This document shows, in pieces, positions 53,431 to 64,000 of a DNA stretch of 64,000 bases. Source of the stretch: Blasia pusilla (taxonomy: Eukaryota); NCBI GenBank assembly GCA_050084515.1, contig CM114271.1, positions 48,794,001-48,858,000 of the forward strand. The letters are read 5' to 3'. Under the pieces are notes generated by a model. It worked only from the letters and a program-made list of their open reading frames with translations. It ran no database searches and was not told where the DNA came from. How positions within the stretch are numbered: position 1 is the first letter of the stretch; each line of letters begins with the position of its first letter. A program made the translations under genes and the position numbers.

Positions 53431-53849
53431 TCCTCCGGAATACGCCACACAATGGGTGTGGTATCCAAGGGTGTCATTGTAGTACTCCCTGCTACCTCGG
53501 GTTCCTCAGACTTGTCACGCTCCGATGCAAACGCCTGGCTCCACGCGGTTTACACCTGCTCATCTTCCAATCGTCGAAGCTCCTCAATCAAGCCCCACAG
53601 CGGCACCTCTCCTCCACGGAATGATGCGGCTACCATAACACTCCTCTCCATAGAAACCTCAGGAATGGGAGTATCCTCTGCATAATCATGTTCCTCAATC
53701 AAATCACTAGGCCAAGTGATGGCACTACTAAATGCTGCTAAGGTCGCCACCTCTCCTGGCCGTCGCTCGATCACTATACCTGTGAATCGAACAAGTAATG
53801 AGCTAAGGCGCCCATCGCCTCACTGCCATCCTAATCTGTTGGACGCTGA

Positions 53850-55340
53850 CTCCTCCGAATAATCCAGGGAAAACCCCATCGGGTATAACACTGCTCCACC
53901 AACCAAGACGTCGTAGGACTCTGCATCAATCATTATCGCCTTGGCTCGCACCGCGGACTCATCTGTAGGATGTCCAAGGCGAATCTTCACCACGACCTGT
54001 TGTCGGGTGATATACTATGTGCTCCTTGCTCCACCCAAAGATATCTGTATCCGAAATGGACAACGCTCCACATTGGCTCTCATCAAGCCCAATCCTCTGA
54101 ATGACACTTTCCCCAACATCAGGGGTTGCGCTCCTAAATCCAACAAGACGCGTTGCGGACTAAAAGCTCTACCTCCGGGACTCACCAAGTGGAAGACCTC
54201 TCCTTGGTTACCCAGCAACACAACACTAGGAGAAGCCATGGCACACTCTATCGCGGGTCTAGCGGGCATCTCCGCCATCCTAGCAGCCGCAGCCTGCCAT
54301 GAATATGACGTGGACGGCCGGAGCATCCGCTCTAAGGGCAGGTCCATCACCTCCTCTGCAATCACCTCTAAACATGATACAAGAACTCCAACTCCGTAGT
54401 GACATAGTGAAGCGGCCAACCAAAAAGCCTCAGCGGGCGTACCCCCCAACGTCATAACATCGGAAGAAAAAAATTAAGGAGTGCGGTACACAACAGTGGC
54501 CGCCCCCAACAACGTGCTCGACACATGCCCCTCCTAAGTATCAAAAATAGGAGTCATGGCACTCGCTTCTCCCATCGCCTTCCGTGCGTGTACACCAACA
54601 ATATCACCAACTCTCCAAGAACTTTGATGAGGAACCATTGATGGGGTCCTCATCGCTTCGGACAACGAGAAAGATTGAGGAAGCCTAGTTTGTTTTCTGG
54701 CTTCCCCTCGCTGTGGATCCAACTCTGCGGTTGCTCCACGCATCACATCTATGACGGCCTCTATTTGGACAATCCCGCACATCCAACCAGGATCCTCCAT
54801 ATCTCTGGCTGCTCCATATGATGTCGATGCCACGGATCCGGCATCAGGTAACCTCAATGCCATAGTGAAAATCTGCTGCTATAGCTGCTGTATCTGAGCA
54901 GCCATCCTAGCCTCACATCCAACGTCTCCCTCGGTGCGTCTAGATGGTGGTACTCTACCTCCTCCACGGGCAGCTCCACCACCCTATCGGGAAACTCCAG
55001 CTCCTCGTCCCCCAACGGGACCACTTGGTGCACGATCTCTAGGCCCACCCGGACCGGCTACTTGCTCTAGTGCCCTCTCTGGCCTTGGGTCCAGACATAA
55101 CTCAGGATGTAAACTGAAACACATGGTGCGTGTATGACCATACCTTTGACAATAGTACACTGATAACCTCTTGGTGCAGCACCATCTCCTCCTCCATACT
55201 AAGGCACAAGTCCGTGACCCTGATGAGTGCAATCGCACTGATGATGGGCTCCACCAAATGACCAACAAGTAATAGTAGGCGGTTGTTGCTGAGCGGCATA
55301 TGAAGGTCCATGATTATTGAGTCTAGGAAGTCCATATTAA
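53850..55340 (-). pseudogene. gag C-terminus and aspartic protease of the methyltransferase-bearing element
   Basis: Zinc knuckle YCQRYGHTRTMCFSLHPEL (~55110-55165), RVLLDLGAQPLMLG and YDVLVGGAVL; frameshifted. Confidence 0.75.
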
Positions 55341-57791
55341 GTGGAAGTCAAGAGTCCAAGTTTAGGTATGTTTGAGTTGTCAACATATCATTGAGTTGTC
55401 AAGACTAGACACCGCCGATCCTAGACTTGCGCATTGCATGCTAAAAGGGCTTCCCGGCACACAATATTGCTAATGCGAGTTAGCAAGGGACCAAATTAAG
55501 TGAGCGGGCCGCTAACTCATACCACCGCTAAAGGACCCTCCAGGGTCCAAAGTTATATAAGGGCACAAGGCATGGGTGGCTAGGGAATATGCCCCCACGG
55601 GGACTAATCACAAAGTTGGCCCATGGGTAGCTAAGACATTGCCCGTGGATATACAACTTGAGTCAGACTACAGTGTGGACTCGTCCTCGTCTAGATGGCC
55701 CATGAGACGCTTATATCACAAACCATGAGTTTTCCAGCCATCCAATGGCGCCACAAGCCAAGAGGCTTGAACAAGTTTAATGCACTATGAAAAGTAGAAG
55801 AGGTATGAATGCAGGATTTTTGGGGTGCTACTTCTCATACTGGAAGATTGAGCCCATGTTGAGTGCGACTCATGGAACTAGAGAGGAACGGAGTGCAAGG
55901 CACCAAAGGCCCGGGGCGTCAAGGGTGCTCCTAGAAACTACCAACATGGCATAGAATGTCAAGGGGTGGGGTCACAACACTTTCGATAACTGCTAAGAGG
56001 GGCATGTGGTGCCAAGGGACAAGGAAGGTTGGAGCATTGGCGATCAAGGGGCACATGGAAAACACCAAGGTACGCGCGGAGCACCCGCATCCACAATGTC
56101 CAAAGCAAACACCAAGGGGGTGGGCCAGGTCATCAAGGTGCCCATGGCAGTGCCAAGGGGGCGCAAAGCCCCAAGAGTTCCCATGGCACACCAAGTGATT
56201 GCCAAGGGGCATTGCGCTATGTGCTCTTCGCGTCGAAAGCAGCTGCCATGAGGATCCTAAGTCAGGCATAAGGTTCCAAGAGGTAGATCGCTCATGGGAA
56301 TCGCTAAGGAGACTTGACACTAAGCGCTAAGGGCAAGTGTATTGACGCTATCGGCGTCTATGGCATCCACCAAGTGAAAGCAGTGCCAAGCAGAGGACGC
56401 CAAGGAATGAGGCATGGCCCCGCTCGTGATAAAAAAAAAAATTATATATATATATATATATATATAATGGGAGAGTGCCTTCTTGATTTGCAAACACCTC
56501 TCTCCTTGACACGTGGTGATTGGACAACAATAGAATATTTCACATGCTACGGGCAGCAAGAAAACAAATTTGCAATATCATTAATCTCCTCCCTTCACGG
56601 GCTATACACTAGCTCTTCAAACACTTTTTTTTATTTCCCTTCAATTGCTTGTGCACCTTATGTATATTATTTTGGGAGAGTGCCTTTTTTATTTGCAAAC
56701 ATCTCTATGCTTGATACGTGGCAACACGGCAAGAAAATGTTTCACATGCTATAAGCACAGAAAAAAATGAATTTGTTTATAGCATATACTTGTGTTAAAC
56801 ATAAGAAATTATGAAATTTTGTAAGAAAAAAAACGTTCAAATTTGAATGTTAAATAAATATAAAATATATATTCTGGAAAATGCCCAAAAAAACACTTCA
56901 ATTATGAAAGATAACTTTATATGTTATGCCTAACTTACTTAATTTTTAAGGGTTTTTTCATTCTACCACAAATTTCCTCATCCTTAAGATAGGGAAATCT
57001 ATTTTTTATTTTGAAATATAAGAAGATCATTTATTGAGAATTAATTGGGATAAATTTCTTTAAAAAACCACTCAAAACTTCCCTAAAATTTCTGAACACA
57101 TATAATAATAGGAAGAAGAATTAGAACTAAAATTTGGCTAAAAAACATATAGCTCCAAAAAGAAAAAACCAAAATTATATATTTAAAAAATATTTTTGAT
57201 ATGCATGAATGCATGCAAACTTTGTAATAATTTTTCCCACCAAAAATTTCCCTAGCCTTAAGTTGGTACAATCTTCAAAAAAATTATTTAGATTAATCTA
57301 TGGTTTAAAATGAATAAATCGAGATTATGTGTAAATTCCTATACCAATCCTTCCCTCAAAATCTTGAACTTAGATTGTTATAGAAAGAAGAATAAGGAAT
57401 GTTAGTCAATTACAAAATTGAACCCCCAAAATTCAAGGAAAAACATGGAAGTTGACTATGTACGTAATTTTTTTATCCTTGTGGATAAAATGAAAATGCA
57501 CCCTCTTTCCTTATAAGGTCTTATCGTGTGGGTCTAAAAAGATATATTGATATTCAGGCTTTAGGTTGGACTACTATTTTCCTTCAAATTTTTTCAAGTT
57601 AGATATTCAACCGTCAACAAGTAGATAAAAGTTCAGGTCAAGTTATAGACTTGGATAAAATGAAAAATGCCCACCACCTTTTTCACCAACAAGTATGTAG
57701 AGTATTACAATTATACACTAATTCCTCTCTCATGTGACATTGTCCAATTGGGGTTCATTTGTTCCTTCGGTTTGTCTTTTTGTCTCTTCTA

Positions 57792-60637
57792 TGTTGTGCG
57801 CATACACATCGCTATCACCAAATACACAAAAAAAATACACAAGATACCATACTAACTCATGACATCTAAACATCAATGACAATCGAGAACCAAAATCTCT
57901 CCCATCGCCTGGGGCCCCTAGCTATTGGTTATGTCCCTCTAACTCCAGATAACCATCTATCCCTACCTACCATGACATACATATCTATGACGCTATGAAC
58001 AAAGATGTGAGGTGCTCGTGTGGCTCCGATCCATTGTTAGTTGCCTTCTTGTCATCCATGTTAGAGACCTAAGTCAAAATATAGAACTACCTAAGATCTA
58101 CTCTTTGTACATGTGGGGCACATCCATCGTCCATGATAAACCCTAACGAGAAGTGGCATTAAACATGCCATATGCCATCCTCTCGAACACCCATTGCAGA
58201 CTAGCATAGTGGCTACATCACGCACAGAATCACACAACATACAACGCAAGCCTGCATGAACTACTACTAAGCTCGGATCAACTCTCCCGTCAATGTTAGG
58301 AAGGTGACATGATGCACAATTACGCACATGGTCCTTCCAAACCATACCATTGCATCCCTACAAATAAAGAACATCAGATGGCAAGACATCTCGCACTCTC
58401 AAGATGGTGCGCCCTATGGGCACATCTAGCGTTGTAGGTGCCATATGTTGCAAGGAGACATAGTCTCCCCGATGAAATGTCCGGATAGTCGGCCGATATT
58501 CTACATCCAGAAATACACAAAATGGTAAGCTTGCTCAGGAAGTAGGTCTTCATGTACACAATCAAATGGATCCAAACTCCTGATCCACATACTCTTGCGT
58601 TCTTTTCTTGTCCACTTGGAATTCTCACGAAGTTACCTTCCAATGTGCAGGTAAAGACAATACCTCTGTCAATTGACAAAATCATTGTTATGTGCTGAAT
58701 GTAAGCGTCATAGGGGTAGGAGTACAATTCATTGGCACCGCGCAATTTTTCCTTTTGAAGTTTCTGCATCAAAATCATGGGAACTGGGCAAAATTGATCT
58801 GACAATAGGGAAAGATCGCCGCACATGGTAAAAGACTTGCTTGCTTCCCGGAACAGTGATCTCGTCTTTTTGAGTTCAATTGATGCCGCCAGTGCCACGG
58901 GGTGGAGGGTCTTGAAACGATGGAGGCAATGGTCATAAAGGGATCCATCGCAGCTGCTGACGCTCCAATGTCATGAGCGTTTGCGTCCCACATGCTGACA
59001 AAAACACGTCCGGAAACTCAGGAAACGAGTGGCCATAGCCATGCGGGTTAATTGTAATAAGATTCACAATAATACTCTAATCATTCTTAGGAGGAACCGG
59101 GTATCCGGCTCCCATTACCAAAACTTAGCCATTGACAGTAGTCTCTTGAAGACTGCTCAGAGTTTGGAGAGGTAGGAAGTTTATTGTGAAGAATCGTCCG
59201 ATCATGAGTTGTGGAAAAATCTTTGCCAATAAGTATCATTGCTGTCGCATGAACCTGGCATCGAGCACAGGGGTGAACACCTCTGAGCAAGATCTGAGTT
59301 AGGGACGTTGCTGCAACCATGGATGAGCCCCAGGAGAGTAAGAAACTCCTGAAATTACCTTTGAAAATTTTCACTCACGGCTTGCGATTAGAATTTGCTG
59401 GCCACACTTCTCCGCCTAGTACGTGTAATCAATTTTTCTTGCCAGCCTCCTCCGCTTATAGTTGCTACAATTTCGGACCCCATTTCGACTCCAGCGCCTC
59501 CACACGCTCCATTCCACTTGCTCCACCGTCAGAACAGTAGCTCTCCCATCTCGAAAGTAGACTCTACATTTCTCGACTCTAAAGAATGATCAAAGGCTAC
59601 GAGGTGTCGGGCTCCCTCTGGAAGACGCAATTTAGCACATACAAGTGAAGGGACACCTAGCAAGAAAATCAAATCAAATCATCCACAAACACTTAACCAA
59701 TGGAGCTGGGGTACCGCACAAGTCCAGAATAGAGTCCCCATAAAATAGATAGATTTTAAGAAAGGCTTCACTTCTTATAGACATTTCTTTTGCTTCTTTT
59801 TCCTTTCCCCATATAGTAATCCCCCCATGTTTCAATAAGAGTATAGATTCTCCTGACCATTTGGATCCTCCATCATTAGTTGCCTTCTTGTCATCCATCT
59901 TAGAGACATAAGTCGGAATCTATAACTACCTAGTATCTACTCTATGTACATTTGGGGCACATCCATCGTCCCCGAGAAACCCTAACGAGACATGGCATTA
60001 AACATGCCATATGCCACCCTCTCGAACACCCATTGCAAAGTAGCATAGTGGCTACATCACGCACAAAATCACACAACATACAACGCAAGCCTGCATGAAC
60101 TACTACTAAGCTCGGATCAACTCTCCCGTCAATGTTAGGAAGGTGACATGACGCACAATTACGCACATGGTCCTTCCAAACCATACCATTGCATCCCTCC
60201 AAATAGAGAACATCAGATGGCAAGACATCTCGCACTCTCAAGATGGTGCGCCCTACGGGCACATCTAACGTTGTTGGTGCCATTTGTTGCAAAGAGACAT
60301 AGTCTCCCTGATCAAACCTCAAGATAGTCGGTCGATAATCACCTCCTCGCATACCTAAAAGTATCCCAATGATGCGCAATTGCTAAGTTCTCAAACGTCA
60401 TGGGCATAACTCTCCGAAATAACTCAACCCTTCAAGAACATGCTCTCTTCTTGCGAAAAAATTGGCAACGCTTCCACACTTCCACAGATCTTGCTCCCGT
60501 GAGCCATTGAACAAGGAACACGGTCTCCAACGTGCAACCACATTGAGAAACCAGCAAGCTTCCGCATTGAAGAGCTCTCAATCTCTCATTCTCTCTTTGT
60601 AAATCAAGGTTCTCTCAAGAAGCTCTCTCAATGTGCA

Positions 60638-60708
<71 letters not shown>

Positions 60709-61149
60709 GAGAGGCTTGGATTAATCAAAGGCAAGGAGGACCATAACTCCGCCACCTCATGCTAAGAGGTTCAACAAAGAGAGAATAAGCTCCAATGATC
60801 TCTCCCCTTGGCTATACCCCTTCCCCTCTCCCAAGCTCTCTCCACGGTAACATATGCTCATAAGTCACCTCCTTGGCTTTTGAGTCTTGACCTTCTGTAG
60901 GGGGTCAAGGGCCATTTCTCAAAGTGGAAAGGAAGCTCTACTCAAAACTATAATTTACCCAAAATAGTAAGTTTCTCTATAAAATTCCAAACGAGCCAAA
61001 AAAAGGGGAAACTGCTCTCATAGGTTACGTGTGGCCTCAAAGGTAATTTATGGCCTCAGTAGGTCATCCTCGATCTAGTGAGGCTGTCCTCCACTATCCT
61101 TGAAGGCGCTCGACTATAAACTCGTCGATCCATCCTAAAAGACGTGACA
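57792..61149 (-). mobile_element. Non-autonomous derivative of the same gypsy family: two integrase-tail/PHD copies around unrelated DNA
   Basis: TGT...ACA termini flanked by TCTA on both sides; the joined flanks match an uninterrupted paralog at ~62025-62145; PHD ORFs at 58091-58345 and 59942-60379 (CMLC...CNGCSRGWHMACL...WMCPKC). Confidence 0.75.
60644..60705. repeat. (CT)n microsatellite
   Basis: Direct observation. Confidence 0.97.
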
Positions 61150-62675
61150 TCTACTCTCTATAACGTAGAAAGAAAGAAAGAAAATGATATGGGTCATCCC
61201 CTTGGGCCATCATATATTGGTTTATCGGATCATTTGTGAGGTTTTTCTATTTTTTGAAAATGGATACTATACTTAAAGACTTTGGAAAGTAAAGTGGAAT
61301 TATTATATTAATATTTTCGAAAGTGAAGATGAGGGAATTAAGTCACTTAGTACTGCAAATATACATAATCAGAAAAACATGAAAATTTAATTTTAATCTC
61401 CTACACATCCAATATATGCTATTCCTCAATGATTTTTCATTATAACCACATTTAACATACCTCTTCACATCTCTAAAATAGTGGACTCCTCTTACACTTG
61501 GCCATCACAATGTCTAGTTTGTCTCAATTCTGGAATTTTGACCGTGTTTTAGGAGTTTTGGAATGAAAGTTTCCGGATTTTGATGGCGTTAATATCCATG
61601 AGTGCTTACGAGATTATTAAACTTTGGATTCCTGACCATTTGCATCCTCCTACAATTACCGCACATACACTTTCATCAACCCATATGCCTTTTCTACTAG
61701 GACTCGTGACTAGTGTCCTTTCTGCCATACCCTTAGACAATACCCATTAAGATCTAAAACTCGTGTCACATCGGTGTGCCTTACACTGCTATTGTCCAAT
61801 TAAGTGAATATTCTCCGTCCCCTTTGTTTATCGGTTATCTTAAAAAAACCACACTTCAAGAATGTAATAAGGTGGATTGATGGTCAAGGCTTCCCTTCCC
61901 AAAAGTGTCTTCTTCCACGAAGAATGTTGGAGTGCCCATTCATGGCCACCACATCCCTCAAATACGACATTCATCCCATAGAATCTTGCAATTATAGAGC
62001 ATGACAATTATGCACTAATTGCTCTCTCATGCGACACCGTCCTATCGGGTTTCGTTTGTTCCTTCGTGTCGTCCTTTCGTCTCTACTTCTCTATGAAACG
62101 TAGAAAAAGAAAGAAAGGAAAGGGAAAGGGAATGGGTCGTCGCCCAGCCCCGCCCCTAATCGTTATAGATCTATAATTATTGATAGACCTCTAGGGGTCT
62201 ATCGATATTAATAAAGGGTAGGATGGTCCGCTGGCGGAGTTCTGGCACGTGTAAAACCATCGCAAAGTACAAACGCATAACACGTGTCGAAAATTGCACT
62301 TGAACCCCGGATGTGTAATTGTCACTTTTATTCGGAATTCTTTATTCTAATCACATTTGGTACTTCTTAAGGGAAATCACAAGAAAGTATTGGAGAACAT
62401 AGCATCCACTTATAGTTTACTCCCATTTACATGCCCCACATTCTAATGTTGGTGTCAAATGGCACTTACAACGCCTGGTATGCCTTTCTAATAGAAATAC
62501 TAGTAATGAAAGCTTGCGTCTTGCTCTAACTTTAAACCTTCCCGGAGTTGTAGCCTTAAATATTCATGTAACACATATTCGAAATCCACCCACCTAGGCA
62601 TGTTTTGAATAATCGATAAAATGCCACTCAAACGTCGATGCGAAGCCATCCATCATTCTAGGAACATGTAATGCA

Positions 62676-62718
62676 CATGTCCAAGTTAGCGCATCAAATA
62701 TGCGCTAACTTGGACATG
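62676..62718. repeat. Perfect 19-bp inverted repeat with 5-nt loop
   Basis: CATGTCCAAGTTAGCGCAT-caaat-ATGCGCTAACTTGGACATG. Confidence 0.9.
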
Positions 62719-64000
62719 GATGATTTTTCTTGAATGTAATCGTGCATCAAATATGACAAAAAGCGAGGATTTCGAACAGAAATTGACGAATTTGAAAATA
62801 AAGAGGGGTCGATAATTACATTTCAGGCGAAGACGGGATAGTTACAATAGCCTCACGGTGTGTTGGTCTCCAGATAAATACAGGTCCATCCAAGCGTGGA
62901 GCCCGATATTGGCTCCCCCATGTTTGACCCTTTGTTTTCAAGGGAGGAATAATCTTCGAACATAGTTCCAGAAGGCTCAATTATTGGACGATGCAAGAAA
63001 GGCATCAGATCTTTGGGGCACGACTTTTTGGAAGTGGAAAGTGAATTCAAAAGATACCCTTGAGGTTGTGGTGGGGTGGAGAAAGGAGGGTTTTGATTGC
63101 CCTTTAATTTCTCAATGTCCCCAAATCTTAGGTGCCTTTTTTCCCCCACTTATTCGAATCACATGTCACCAACTCTAATCCACTCTCTATGATTCGAGGA
63201 ATTTGTAGGAGCTATCTTTTCACATTGGGATGTGGTCATTTCCAAAATGGGAGGTTTTCATAATAATTCGTATTTTAGCAAGTACGAACATTTGTGTCAC
63301 CACGCTGTTGAGGCCTTTAATCATAAATATACCATATTTAATCTCTTCTCCTACTAATTTTCATATGTATTGATATTGTTTTATTATAGGATGAATTATT
63401 AACCTTTGTGGATATTTGGCCATGAAAATAAATTTGTCCCATCACGCCATACTCTTAGACGGGACATGGAAAATGGGACCAATAATATTTATTTGTTTGT
63501 AACATTTAAATAAAATATTATGCACAGAAAAAATTTTATTGTATACATCTTGGATTGTAGTTTATTATGGTGAAAAGGAGGGAAAGGGGATTTTTATGGG
63601 TGGGTGTAATGGAATGTAGGTAGGCAAATGGGTGAAGAAAAGGAAAGGAGCCTTTAACAAGAGGAAAGGATGATATGTGGAAAGTGGATGACTCGCCCCT
63701 TGTGCATTGCATGGACATTTCACAAAAATATGCATATTCCACGTGGACCAAATAATGAGCAATTTGCAAGGAAGATGTTATGAGGCCTTTTTATTTTGGT
63801 CCTTTTCCTTTTTATTTGGTCCTTTTTAGAATGAGGAATTTTGGCCTCGTGCTCTACTAGGAATAAGCACATTGGAAATTGCAAAAAGGTTGAAAACTTA
63901 CAACTTTCTATAGTCACACCTTCCCATGCAATCTAGGAGTTATGTTTTAGGAAACTCTCCATATCTAGGCCATATGAGTTGGGTGCGGGCCTAGGATCGG

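Larger units (their letters stand above)
45958..55340 (-). mobile_element. Ty3/gypsy LTR retrotransposon encoding a cytosine methyltransferase and a PHD-tailed integrase; decayed, RT core replaced by a MULE fragment
   Basis: Minus-strand order: gag knuckle (YCQRYGHTRTMC), protease (LLDLGA...YDVLVGG), C5-MTase, [foreign insert], RT C-terminus, RNase H, integrase, PHD, candidate 3' LTR. Integrase after RNase H is the gypsy order. No matching 5' LTR seen. Confidence 0.9.

Noticed and set aside
55400-56430. 5' LTR of the methyltransferase element
   Set aside because: No similarity to 45958-46152 or to segment X; probably a different element.

Overview
Eukaryotic, intron-containing, transposon-rich plant DNA; a non-seed/bryophyte-like origin is my inference from the element families, not established. 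Two host genes can be spliced together by eye: a carotenoid cleavage dioxygenase-like gene (minus strand, 13 exons, 11027->5347, with the C-terminal exons not visible in the window) and a cinnamoyl-CoA reductase-like SDR gene (plus strand, 6 exons, 34203-38166). The rest is mostly nested, decayed mobile DNA: Ty3/gypsy fragments, three pieces of a CRE-clade non-LTR retrotransposon, an 8.6-kb TIR-bounded Mutator-like element with a convergent unknown second gene, and a second MULE/SWIM fragment with an array of 29-bp palindromes in its intron. The standout is a Ty3/gypsy retrotransposon (minus strand, ~45958-55340) whose pol carries a C5 cytosine DNA methyltransferase domain between protease and RT, plus an integrase ending in a PHD finger. 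Exon and element boundaries were read manually and may be off by a few bases.
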